64,000 nucleotides of DNA, taken from contig NC_134032.1 of the NCBI RefSeq assembly GCF_964204645.1, forward strand, positions 5,692,275 to 5,756,274, in the 5' to 3' direction. The position numbers and the translations under genes were made by a program. Below, one piece after another: positions 1 through 13,300 of the stretch; the stretch's first letter is position 1, and each line of letters starts with the position of its first letter. Source of the DNA: Tubulanus polymorphus. Taxonomy: Eukaryota > Animalia > Nemertea. The notes below the pieces were generated by a model. The model saw only the letters and a list, made by a program, of their open reading frames with translations, was not told the DNA's origin and made no database searches.

Positions 1-1069
1 CACCATCTGTAACCGGCTGGTCGGGGAACTAGCATTAAGACCAACGGTACAGGATTCCATTCATCAGGAACAACAAGGCAGTTAAACCTTATATGTACAA
101 TCTTTATTGCATCCCGGAATGAGAATGATAATCATAACTTTACATGTCTTTATATACAGAAATCATGAGTATAATGTGAGAACTAGGTGTCAGACAAGTT
201 GTAGACATCAGGACTCACAAACTAACACCTAGTGACATGTTTGAGAGATGTAAATTAATTAATGATGAGCACTGACTAGAGCTAATTACTTTGAATACAT
301 TTTGAGAAGTCTGACATGTTGATTACGATAAAGCACATATTGATACTATATTCATTAGTAATATTACATTATTAGTACTATTATTATTATCATTATTATT
401 AATAAAGCATTTCATATAGTAAGAGATATGAAATATTATGAACCATTCAATATGAAATTGTAGATATCTTTGATTATAGAATATGCAACTTATATCAGGG
501 ACAGGGTGACACAGGCTAAGACCAGTGTCAAAGTTTGTGATGGGATATCAGTACACACAGTTTGAGGGGACTGATGAACGGAGTATCTGTAGGCTGAGAG
601 CTGCATGTGTCCCCCATCACTACAACAGCCATCTGTACCAGCAGCAGTGCAGCAGCAGCCAGTTGTCATAGTAACTGGATAGTGTGATTGTATAGGTATT
701 GGTGTGGAGTGATAGTGGATCTGTGATGTTTCAGGGTTAACAGGGGGCGGCGGGAGTTGGAATGGAGAGAGCTCTCAGATATATTGTGTATCTCATACCA
801 GTTCCAGGAGGTCAGGTTTTATAGATGCCATGATATAGAAACAATCCCACACACTAGGAAAGAAAACCAAATGTTTCCACAATATATGATGACTTGCAGG
901 ATGAAGTTGAAACAGTGAAAATGAATAGTTTTGGTCTCGTTTTTTCTCTGAATGTGGCATTTTTTTCTTGATCATAATTCATCAAGATTATTTTCGTAGA
1001 TGGGTTAACTGAACCACTGGGTCAGGTTTTTATAGACATTGACTAACTTTAAAACATCAATTGAACTAG

Positions 1070-1205
1070 TTACAGTGTTCTGAATCCACCCAGTTCCATA
1101 GTTCTGAACACAGTTCTGGATCCAATTCTACAATTCTGAATCCAGTGCCACAGAGTTACCTCAGTTCTGGGCCTTGTTCCACAGTTCTGGATCTGGTTCT
1201 ACTGT
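1070..1205 (+). repeat. 21-bp minisatellite family (CCAGTTCCACAGTTCTRGA..)
   Basis: degenerate tandem units; the same family occurs at 6340-6600 (reverse), 7570-7700, 9390-9640, about 40440-40500 and 63380-63530. Confidence 0.75.
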
Positions 1206-1641
1206 TCCCCATAGGTAGGCCTATTTATTAGAAAAGATGAATGAATACCCTGATATATATATATATATATATTTTAATATACATTTTAGCAAAAAGATGA
1301 ATGAATACCCTGAAAGGTATTTTGCCTTAATGGACAATTCCTACTCATAATGAACCAGAATAAAAGCCATTTTTGCGAAATTCATTGTACTCGTTCATGC
1401 AGGCACTATTAGCCTATATACTAAGATGCAGTTGGTCAACACTTGACCAGAAGTTTTCTGGGTCAAATTTCTATAAAGCCACAGCTAGCATTCTCTAGGT
1501 GACCGCATTTTTGTAAAATGCCAGCGCTGCATGATACTTTCTGCGTAACCAGCCACTAACTAACTAATGAATGAAGTATTAGAAGCAGCTTTCAATGAAC
1601 CAGCTTAGGTCTGAAGTTGTTAGGCAGGCCTGGGGGTGACC

Positions 1642-2222
1642 GGAAAGAATGGCCAAGCTATTTGCCTAGGAAAAAATGGCCACGGAAAAAAGGCCATGAA
1701 AGATTACATAGAAAACTAACCATCATTTCATTGTACAAGAAATCAAATGCATTGCTGTTTTGACATGTCTCTTTTTGAGATTATTAGACCTATTCCTGGA
1801 TTAGTTTACTTGGTAAATTTTGATGAGCATATCTCACTTCGATGTTATCACTACACTACACCAGTTTGCTATATAAATTACCACACAATTTCAATGCACT
1901 TACCTTTGATAAGACAGTCTGTGCCCTAATAGCTTACTTAGTGCCCTAATAGCTTACTTAGTTGTTTTGAAATATTAATTAAGTCAATTTATTAAGTTTA
2001 AGTTAATCACTATTAATTTTATCCATTGCCCACTTGCATGATAGTACTTTATATATTCATTATATTTAATGAAATTAAATGTAAGTTCACCAAATTTCTG
2101 AACTCATTTTGTTTTTAGCCCCATGAAAAATAAATGATGTCATTAAATTGAAAGCTTAATTTTCCTTGGCCTTTTTTTCCTTGGCCATTTTTTCCTAGGC
2201 GAATACCTTGGCCATTCTTTCC
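1642..2222. mobile_element. MITE-like element with ~40-bp inverted ends
   Basis: ggaaagaatggccaagctatttgcctaggaaaaaatggcca ... tggccattttttcctaggcgaataccttggccattctttcc; subterminal repeats; TSD unclear. Confidence 0.6.
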
Positions 2223-2487
2223 AAGATAACTAGCTTGGTCATTTTAGCATTAGGCCCTTGTTTTACTATTAACATGTTTGAACAATAGGCAAATACTGCA
2301 AATTTCCTAGCCATGTTCTCTTTTAGCTAGGAGTATACACCATTAAGATTTATATGCATGTAGTATTGGGGTTATTTTTAACCTGGTACCAGTAGTAGAA
2401 GAACTACACTATAGAGTTTATTGTGTGAAGGTATGATGAACTTGTATTGACCTGAAAATACAGTGTTGTACGTGTACATGGATCAAT

Positions 2488-2489
<2 letters not shown>

Positions 2490-2522
<33 letters not shown>

Positions 2523-2546
2523 CGGGCACACACACACACACACACA
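2490..2546. repeat. (CA)n microsatellite
   Basis: interrupted CA run. Confidence 0.95.
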
Positions 2547-3327
2547 GCTCAGAGTGCCAGGGGGCGGCTATAATACAAACAACAGATCCCCACACTATCA
2601 TTTGCTCTATAGCTGTTGCTGGATTTTATAGGGCTTAATAGAGTCAGTGAAACTCGCTTTTAAAAGTTAACATTATGTTGACGACTTACATTTAGGCCTA
2701 CGTAGTAAATTGAACTGAAAATATAATACAAATTCGGATTTAAACAACTTTAGTGTTGTGATCTCTAAGGGAATGGCCTTGAACACTTGAAGTTAATTGT
2801 GTTAGAAATATAAATTGGGACTAGAAAATAGAGCTGACTTTGGTAATGCGACGACTTACACTTAGTATGGGCTATTAAATTGAAAATTAGGAAATTAGAA
2901 TTTCTGAAAATTAGGACTTAGAAATATAGACAACTTCAGTTAGGTATGTGACAAATAGTAAATTGATTGGAAATACGGTTACAAATTGGGACTCGCTAGA
3001 TAGTGACGATTCTAGTAAGGTGATGAATTGTCTGTTAAATGACTTTTAACTGCGTTTGACTTGTTTTGATGATGTCATTGGTGCAATAGTATTTCATTTG
3101 GAGGCACCTTAAATCCGCTGGTTTATTCAAGAGATTTTCTGTGTAGGCCACATCAAACCGGTGACTCCAGTGAGTTTTGTTCGGTGTTCATCACGGTATG
3201 TAGTAATAATGCCAGAGGTAAATATGCCATTGGTAATAATGCCAGAAGTAAAAACGCCATATACATTATGAGGACACTACAAGACATGGTCTGCCTCCAT
3301 AAATCGCCCTATGATGTCAAATTGTAA

Positions 3328-4102
3328 AGGCTGGCTTATGTCGACAAGCAACGCGACGCCTACCGACTCCTACCGACTCCTACCGACGCAACTGAGAGCA
3401 ACCGCGATCGTAGCCCAGCTTATGTCGACTGCGCTCCGATTCGCAGCAACTGAGGCCGACTAGCGGGATATGAGATCCTCCCAGTTGCTTCCCTGCTTAT
3501 GTCGGTTGCGATTACTAGCAACTGCAACGGCTCAAATGGTCACGTGATAAGCATTTTGAGAATAAATTTGAATTATTAGGAAATATATTTCTATTAGAAA
3601 AGCTATTTCTTTAAGACTTTGATCTTTCTGATTCTTTTTTTAATACAACGTGCTAGCGACATCTATAAAGATGGCCGCTCACACCATAATTCTACCAATT
3701 TCGTTTCTAGATCTTCGGTCCAGTCCGCTGCCGTGCTGAAGGTTTGGTTTACGTTTTGAACTACTTGAATTTGAAAGTTTATGACTAATTACGAATGACG
3801 CTAACTAGCGGTGATAATTTGTACTATATATATGCAGTCTCTCATTGGCTGGAACCTCTGCGCTCAGTTCCGTCGCGTCACAGATGAGCTTATGTCGGCT
3901 GCGATCGAAAGCAACTGCCGCCTACCGTAGGCCGGAGTAGAACATGGGCAACTAGCGGGATACGAGTCGGTAGGCGTCGCGTTGCCGTCGCAAGCCGGCT
4001 TATGTCGAACCGATTGAGGAGTAGGCCGCTAGTTGCCACTAATTGGCGATAAACCCAGTTGCGTCGGTAGGCGTCGCGTTGCTTGTCGACATAAGCCAGC
4101 CT
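3328..4102. mobile_element. PIF/Harbinger-like MITE
   Basis: long TIR aggctggcttatgtcgacaagcaacgcgacgcctaccgac ... gtcggtaggcgtcgcgttgcttgtcgacataagccagcct; internal GCTTATGTCG repeats; degenerate copy near 43095-43300; TSD imperfect. Confidence 0.7.
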
Positions 4103-6339
4103 GAAAGGGCTATTCGAAATGTATGACCTTGACATCACTAAAACACTTTCAATGATATCTGCCTCCATCAATCCTCATAGGCCTATGACATCAAGACATT
4201 TGCAGACAACGATGTCTGTCTCTGTAATTAATGTTGACATTTTGTTGAATATATAAGGCATGCGTAGAATGAAGACTTTGACCGAGTGTGCTTGATAACT
4301 ATACCGAAACCTGGATACCAGTGACCCTGGTGTACATTTGATATATCATTGCCGTCATTGAGAGATTGAGAAAGAAAGAGAGTGACAAAGTGACAAAGGC
4401 AGAACAGATAAAGCACAAATACTGATAATACGCAGTGTACTGCAGGTCTAGATCGGGTGTTCGTAATCTGATTAGAAAATTGATTTGAATTTATTTATCA
4501 AAACTACATTTATGAATACTTGAATTACAAAATACATGTGTACGCTATATTTGTATTATTAAAAAACAATTGCAGTGGGAATTCAACAACAAAGTAAGCT
4601 CTCTCTTTTACTAACTTTCTAATAGCTAGGTATTGGATAGGCCTAGTTTAAAGTCCAACGTATGCGGTGCAGGGAAACACAGAAATACAGAATCAAACAT
4701 GTTTGATCTCGGAGACATGGTTTCGTGAAACCTCTCATTTCTTGTGAACGTACATGACACAAGGGAACTGCTCGGAAAAGACATGTTCTGTCTCCCATAT
4801 CCATGTTTTCCTGCATCATGTGTGTTTGGCTTTATTGTCTGGCAGAATACCTGAGCTTAATTTAAACATGTATAGGTATAGTCTAATTCATTCTCAGGAT
4901 GCAAGATCCTCCATTGTCAGTATCCCACCACGTCACAGTTTTGCTTTGATTTAAGTTTCTTATCGAGAATCCACAGGAATGATAATAGAATGATAATAAT
5001 AATAATAGTAATAATGATAATGATTGTCATTTATAAAGCGCAGTCGCGATAACGCAATATCTGTGTATGATGAATAAACACGAGAAATCCCACAATAAAT
5101 TCAGCCAAAATGAGAAACTTGAATAAAGTACGCCTGATGATGGCTAATAGTCTTTAGCTGAAAGTTGCGCAAATATATACACTCTCCTATTCAAGTTTCT
5201 TGTTTTGGCTGTATTTATTGTGGGATTTCTCGCGTTAATATAGCGCAGGTATCCTAACCAGAGTCAGTTCAAATGCGCTCCAAATAATTAGTTTAATTAC
5301 AAGCCCACGCTTGTTATTCGGAATATTGAATCGAAATAAACCGTTTTCATCCCTTTACGGTTAAGTTAACATGGTGAAAGTGGCTCTCCCTTACACTTTC
5401 TTTGAAAAACAAGGTCACATGTGCTTCAAGTGATGTAAATTGATAAGAAAAATGCACTTTTGATCATACAGCATGTTTTGATATAACAAGACGTGATTTA
5501 CATGTGAACGTGCTATTTAGATGTGGGCAAAATTTTACTTGGGTCTGATCCAGGCCAATTTGACCCGGACCAAATCATCTGTGATGGCAACTTAAGTATT
5601 GCACTCTTAAGTTATGCACTGGTGAAATTTGACTCTGGTGTGGTCCGGGCCAGTATGCCACGAATCGACACGCCTCTTTGTGATCATTGGATATTGGGAA
5701 TTTCATGAGTTGGTATCAAATATTGAGTATGAGTTTGTGAGTAGACTTCTGGGCCTCTTACTGTGGTTAAGACAATTACAGGATTAGAAACAGAATCTAT
5801 TCATCAAAACTTAAAAGTTTCAGAGTATCAAGACTATCGTTAGGTGTCTGACTAGAGGGGGTCCAAAACTTAGTAATTTTTTGCTAGATGATTAAATTTA
5901 GTTTTAGATATTCCAGATTTTATATAGATAGTTTTAATTTCACCTTCCAGAAGAAAGCGATTAATTTAGAATGAATGCAAGGTCATGAGACTGGACAATT
6001 ATAGTGTGAAGTTGAATAGATGATTACTGATTCTGTCTCTGTCTATTCACTGAACAATCATTCATGGAAGAAGCTGATTGCCTGAAATAGTAAATTACCA
6101 TGTTCCTGTTCAGGGGAGGTCATCACCTGTTTCAATTGTTTATTAATGACTGGTCATTATCTGAAGTGGTTGCCATTATCTGAGTCTTGTTGTTTATTGA
6201 TACTCATTGACTGACAACAGATGACCCACTGATTAGTGTGACCTTGACATTGAGCTCACAGACATGGCCTTTACCTTTGTACTACCCCATCTCATGTATC
6301 CTAGTGTTTTGATTGTTTACACTATTGTGAAAGTGACTA

Positions 6340-6600
6340 AAATTTCAACTGTGGTTTTGGAATGGGATGCTGTACTGTGGAATCAGATCCTGCATTGTGG
6401 AACTGGGTCCAGAACTAGAACTGTGTCAGGAACTGAAAAACTTAGTCCAGAACTGTAGAACTAGGCTCAGTACTGTGGAACTGGTTCCAGGATGGTACTG
6501 TGGAACACGATATGGGTGCCTAACTGTGGAGTTGGGTCCAGATCTGTGGAACTGTGTCCAGTAGGGTCCAGAATTGAGGTACTGGATTCTGAACTGTAGA
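6340..6600 (-). repeat. 21-bp minisatellite (reverse orientation)
   Basis: repeated actgtggaactgggtccaga; accounts for ORFs 6264 and 6367. Confidence 0.8.
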
Positions 6601-9389
6601 CCTTGCTCACTACAGTATTTAATTGACTTGATTCGTCTTCAGCCTAGATTTTGAAAGTGGTTCCCTATGTGGTTATCATAGAATATGTTCCCACCTGTTA
6701 AAATCCAGTGTGGTTTTCATGGTTTTTCATTTAATCTAGTTTGGTATCCTGTGTAGTGCGAGTACACATAGGCATGTTCCTTTGAAAATCTTCATGTCCA
6801 GCTAATTGTTTAAGGTTTGCTTAGGATTTTTGTCCAGCTTGAAAATTATCATAGGCCTCACAGAAGATTTGGACGGAGAATGAAATGCTCTTCGCAGAGA
6901 GTTAGACCCTAACTGTTGGATCAACATAGCTCCTCTTCTTTTCAGATAGTTTAAGCGTAGTTATTGGAACTGAGCCCCTAATCTAAAATCACTACCCTCT
7001 TGAGCACCCTCTCCCCTCCCATTATAACTGGTTAAATCAAGATTTTAATCAGCTATTCACATCTGATCGTCAAATATCGACATCGAAGGCCAAGGTCATT
7101 GTGACTATCGACACTGACCAAAACTTGGCAGCTGTAATTAACAATGAGATCTATTTATAATCGAAATCAACATCAGTTACTGGAACTGCACACCTTGACC
7201 TCGACCTTCGCCTGAATTATAATCGGGGTAGACGTATTGAGTAGACCAAGTCCAAGGCCATTGTGGTGAGCTCATGTGGTCGATATGGATATCAATTGCT
7301 TAGATTGATTATCAGTGACCATTATAACTACTCAAGACTAACCACTGACCACAGCTCACTGACCACAACTTAGGTTAACCACATTTAAGACTGGCCACTG
7401 ACCATAAGTACGATTGACCACTTGCTCCAGCCAATCGTTAGCTACGGCTGCTGTTAGTAGCCATGTGCTAAACCCAGAAGAAGATGCATGCTTATAGAAG
7501 GCCAGATGCTAAACCAATCGATACTGATACTGGTTTGTTAGCTAAATGTGTGGCTTGTTTCCTACAGTCACGACCCAATACCACAGTTGTGTGCTTTTGA
7601 CTCTGGATCTCTTCCACACTTATGTTGGCTTAATTTAATTCTGAATCCAGTTACACAGTTGTGTGGGTTTTATTTGACTGGATCCAGTTCCACATTGTGT
7701 GCATCTGATTTTGCTCAATTATGTCTAGTATTAATAATTCCCTACAATATCTCTCAAACACTGTTTATTTACCTTGACCACCTGGGTGACCTAAGTGACT
7801 GATGCTGTACTAGGTGGTAGACAATAGCTCCACTGCTGCTTGGATCCGAGCCAATACTATTGACCATCACTAGTTCACCACTGCCACTGACGCAGTTCCA
7901 AGTAAAGCCATACTTTAATAAGTAAACCACCAGTCACCTTGACCTAATGGCAGTATATGATAATACTAGTAATTGGTCAGTTTCTGTAGCTGTCTGTAGA
8001 AATTCATGTTACTTCTTGGTACCGTGTTTACGCCGCTGGTATTGACTGGAATAAAACTATCAGTTCCTTCTCATTGTTCCATGTCATGTGGGTGTTATTA
8101 GCTGTGGATACTTTCGCAACTTTAGGGTAGGCTTACACCTCTACTGCCTTGATTTTTTCATCTTGAATTATCTTTCTTATTTATCATCTTCTTCTTTGTT
8201 TTGGCGATAGACCTTGATATCGTGAAAGCATTTTTGACCAGGGTCGACCATTGCAATGCCAATGAGTTGGTGGCACTGGCTTGATACAGGCCAAATCGGC
8301 TCATCCAGAAATGTTGGAACAGACCTGTGCCAAATTTCAGGTCAAATGTTTAATAAATAACTCACTTACTTGTAGATATAACTCGTATTTTTGCTTATCG
8401 GATATATGAATGTCCAGGGATTTCCCATGTGTTTAAAATAAAAAAGAATCAACGCTCACAAAGGTCACGCTTGCTAAGCTATAATGATGAAATTAGATTA
8501 TATGAATAGATATGAGAACATCGAACATTGGACTATTTGATGCACTTAACGCTTCCAATCTACGGCAGAAAAGTGCCTCAAGAATACTAAAACAATTGCT
8601 GCTGCTTAAAGATTACCTTATGTAAACTAGTTGATTACGACCCAAATTGCGGAAAACTGCAATTTTAAGCCAATCTCAGTGGTGTAGGGTTAAAGTTAGG
8701 TTTAACCGGATACCTGTCTTTGTTGGGTTGGTCAACGTCACAGCAATAAGAAAATTAGGTCATGAACTTCCTTCCTGGTAGGCTTTCTAGGCTTGTTCAC
8801 TAATTTTCTCACAGAGGGAGATATCTTCCAAAATGGCTGATGATGTTTTGTACTTTTTTTTTTAATGATTTTATTTTACTAAATCAAATGCCTTCTCGTA
8901 TTTATTCACATTTCAAACTATGCTGAAAACCTTCCCACAGTTATTTAGGACCTAAGAATTGGCACATCAACGTGAAACTCCCAACCCAAAAGTGATGTAT
9001 CCTCCATAAAACCTCCAACCATCTCGATTCATTCATTGTTATTACATTGTTTCGGTGCCTTATACGTCACTTATCAATTGAAAGTTATAAAACTATGACA
9101 GATGTGACTGGGGTCTTCTAATCCCACAAATTGTTTAAATACTGCCCGATAACAATTCTTCCTTAGGAGACACGAGTGCCACAGACTTAAGGCTCAATCG
9201 ATTGTCTTGGCTTATTTTTGTTATTGTCAGACAACAATAACTTGGCGTATAAAATAGCACAGATGGTTGGTAACACCTGAGGCCTGAACGCTCTACAAGT
9301 CTTTTTATGTGATAGAACGTGAAAGTTTGATCCGGGTTATAGTGGCTTGCTGTGATCAAATGCGACAATAACTTTTCGTTACCAACAAT

Positions 9390-9640
9390 TCTGACACCAG
9401 GCCCACAGTTCGAGAACCAGTTCGGCAGTTCAGGACCCGCTTCCACAGTTCTGGATCCAGTTCTACAGTTCTTGAGCCTGTCCGCAGTTCTGGATCCAGT
9501 TACACGGTCCAGGGTCCAGTTCCACAGTTCTAGAGCCAGTTCCACAGTTCTAGAGGTAGTTTGACAGTTCTAGAGTCAGTTCCACAGTTCTAGAGCTAGT
9601 TTGACATTTCTAGAGCCAGTTCCACAGTTCTTGAGCCAGT
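9390..9640 (+). repeat. 21-bp minisatellite
   Basis: repeated ttccacagttctagagccagt; accounts for ORFs 9135 and 9352. Confidence 0.85.
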
Positions 9641-10151
9641 AGGTCGGACTGATCTGGGTTAAGGTTTGAGTCTGTCCTGGATCCAGAATTTACACAATTT
9701 GTCTTCCACAATACATGATTAAAGGACCTCAGGGTTTTTACTGGGTTGAAATTAAAGCATGGCAGTCATCAGAAAATGAGAGCCCTGAGAGTCTGGGGAC
9801 ACTACCTCGGAAAAATTTTGTTCTTGTAGGATCTCAGATCTGATTAAATGGTCAAAAGTTATTTAATCGCATTTTGCTTGTTAGTTATGTGGTAGATGTG
9901 AGGGATTAAAGCAATACCAATCAGAATTTTATACCGGTCAGAATCAAGATGACCGAATGGCAGCCATTGTTGTTCGCTGAGTTGAGCATTTCAAACCACA
10001 TCCCAAGTGGGCATGGTGTCCCTGGACCCCTAGTTAAAATCAAAATTGGTTTTGAGTACTGTAAGGATATACTTCAGGATGATATTAAACCAATTTCTCA
10101 AATATCAGCTTGCAAACGCTAATGTTTGTTTGATTTGTTATGTGTTTGCAG

Positions 10152-10327
10152 GAAGTGTTTGAATGAAAAAAGACGTCGCGATCAAGAGAATATTTACATC
10201 GAGGAGCTTGCTGAGTTGATCTCAGCGAGCATATCTGACATGAGTCAATTCTCCACGGTGAAACCAGACAAATGCGCTATACTGAAAGAGGCTGTCAATC
10301 AAATACGTCAAATCAAACAGCAAGAGG
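10152..10327 (+). CDS. NCOA: NCOA exon: bHLH domain
   Basis: ttgcag|G...G|gtaagt; [58 protein letters not shown] matches the p160 bHLH pattern ([16 protein letters not shown]...KPDKC.IL). Confidence 0.95.
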
Positions 10328-13300
10328 GTAAGTAATAAGTGTAGCCCCTACCCCTTTCAACCCTACCCCTCACAAATCGTGAAAAAAGTAAGGCTAAGTC
10401 TAATTGTTTTTGACCCAAGCTGAATTTGGCCCATGCCAGGTAAGGCCCTGGGCCAACCGTTCACACCAGTACCAAATGGTTCGATGACTGGTTGACATGG
10501 TCCAAATTTGGTCTGGCCAAAAACGTGAGTGCAAAATGTTGAGTTCATCAGTCTGATTCCTGCTTGAAATTCTGAGTTCTAAGCTTTCTAAACAATGCAA
10601 TCATAGATAAATTGTTATTGAAATCATTTTTATGGTGAGAATTTTGGATTTGGTGGATTTTACAATATTTTGCAATAGGCCTATTTCAACGTGCAGTTTT
10701 TGAGTTTTTGTCTTTTGCAGAAAGCGACGCTGCAGTTCAACAGAGTCACGTATCATCCAGTAAGCCGAACATATTGGCCAACGACGTGCTTGGACCACTT
10801 CTGCTCGAGGTAATGTAACGTAACACAGTCATCTAACAGTATTGGATTCCAATCATCAGGTAGATGTGACTAAGACTAACCCAGAAAATTTTGAAGCCTA
10901 AACCTGAACACTATCACATGGACAAAAAGTTCACTGATCTGACAATTCTATGAATAGGGGTGTGCAGTTTATTTGTCAGAGAGGCTGAAAAAAAAAGTGT
11001 CTGTCACTGTGACTAGATTCCTATATACCAAAGGGTAATTTTTGTGAATCTGGGAAGGTGCATGTGCTATTATCTAATTTAAGAAAATTAGTCAGCTGAA
11101 ACGTAATGACTATTTCAACATAATACATGTATATCAAATTTTTTCATTCATTTAGACCTCAATTATATTAATGAAAATCCCACATATATATGTGAGCATC
11201 AAACGTGCAAAATTTTCTGGGGGGAGGGCCCCCCGTACGCCGTTCTGTTCCAACCAAGTTAAAAACAAACCCTCCAGTATGTATTCCTCAAGTCATGGGC
11301 CTAGAGTACTAGTGTGTAAAAAGTAATGTTGGAGAGACTTATTAGATGGGTTGAATATTTGCGCTGCGAGTCATGTTGTATTTTGAATGAAGACAGGTGC
11401 AAAATATATGAAATGATGATGATACACAATACCTACACTTAATACACAGTCAGTGACATAGTGAACTCTACAGACCGAGTTCAATGCTATAAAATGCGTT
11501 TGTTCTGTTCGCAGTATTTATTGATCTGGTATTACAAGTATGAGCACAGCTGCTTGGAATAGCTCCACCAGCAGTGCATATATAGCACTATTTTCCTAAA
11601 ACATTCAAAATCTCTTCCTGTTTAATTCAAAGCAAAATATTTAAAGGATTCATTTAAAAAACGAAATGTATTTCATTGAAATACTTTTCGATTTAGAAAC
11701 AGAATTTATCATTGTGATATTATGATTTTTAGCAAAAATTTGCTCGGAATGCACCGGACAGCATATAATTTTTCTGGGGGAACTTTGCTCCCCTTTTTAG
11801 CCCACTTGGGACTTTAGTCCCTGCGGGCTATTGCGTTCACTTTTCGTCCGTTCGTCCGTCGTAGCGTCCGTCCGTCCGTAGATGGAATCCAGTTATTTTG
11901 GGAAGTTTTGAAGACGCTTCGAGGTAATGTCTTTATATTTGGGTTACACGTGTATCTACCCTAGACACATCTTCAGCCCAAAAACTGGCCCTGTCAGAAT
12001 CAAGATGGCTGACTGGCAGCCATTGTTGTTCGCCAAAATCAGCACTTTTTATACATTTTTGAACTTTTTGAGGGAAATTATTTTGAAGACGCTTTGATCA
12101 ATTACCTTGATCTTTCGGATATATATGAATCCCCCCAGGGCCCATCAACGAAACTAAAAATTGGGTCGGTCGGACTCAAGATGACCGTCCTATGACCTTT
12201 TTAGTGCCCAAAAATGTTAATTTTTGCCCGAATTCTGAGTCCTGTAGCTTCCTACTGGTTTACCATTTCTCATTGCAATTTGTGATGGGTATTCTTTGAA
12301 AAGGGATGTTTTATACCTCAGACAGGTATTTTTCATCAGCCAATTGGCGGCCATCTTGGTGTCACCAGTACTCATTCGTAAGTGGGAAAAAGTTTTTCCA
12401 CATTATATTGATACCTAAGCGTATTTTGCTACCACAATCAATAAGAAAGTTGTAGCTCATAACGTGTTCTATGATTGTGGTGAGTTTCAAGGTAATTGGA
12501 TTTCGTATATGGCCACCAGGGGGCGTTGAATAATACAATATCTTAGCATTTCTTTATTATATTCGTACCTATGCATATTTTGTAACCACAATCAATTGGA
12601 AAGTTGTAGCTCATGACATCATTTATGATTGTTGTGAGTTTTAAGGACATTAGTTTTTCTATATGGTCACCAGGGGGCGTTGAATAGTAGAATAACTTAG
12701 TATTTCCTTATTAGATTGGTACCTAGGCATATTTTGTTACCATGATCAATTGCAAAGTTGTAGTTCATGACATGTTCTATGATTGTGGTGAGTTTCGAGG
12801 TCATTGGGTTTTGAATATGGTCACCAGGGGGCGTTGAATAGTAGAATGACTTAGTATTTCCATATTAAATTGGTAACGAGGCATATTTTGTTATCACAAT
12901 CAATTACAAAATCGTAGCTGCTGACATGTTCTATGATTTTGGTGAGTTTCAAGGTCGTTGGTTTTTGTAAATGGTCACCAGGGGGCGTTGAATATTGAAA
13001 TTGTTAGATTGTTGAGCATTAGAAACCATTTCTCAAGTGGGCATGGTGTCCCTGGACCCCTAGTTTTCAAAATCCGCCCCTATTCTATGGAATATCATTT
13101 TGTCAGCGGTTTAAATTTAGATGGACTAAATCAATGCTGTTTTGTTAAGATACGTTTTTGAAGCACTGGTCAAGCTTGAAGCAACACTGACAAATTTCCC
13201 TTGTCTATTGTAAAATTAAGAATGTTCTGGGTCAGTCTTTTTGCTCGGTCTAAATTGGTCTGTTCTAAATAGAATGGCCCAGTTCCGACACCTGGTCCCA

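Noticed and set aside
9135-9564. ORFs of 136 and 70 aa, also 6264-6564 and 63359-63700
   Set aside because: They are produced by the 21-bp minisatellite (period divisible by 3).
1-10151. Start-codon exon of the NCOA gene (for example the 18-nt candidate at about 4576-4593)
   Set aside because: No convincing exon with a good acceptor and recognisable p160 N-terminus was found. It probably lies upstream of the window or is too short to identify by eye.
12410-13000. CRISPR-like regularly spaced repeats
   Set aside because: Whole 154-bp units are homologous (no unique spacers), the context is eukaryotic, and there are no cas genes.
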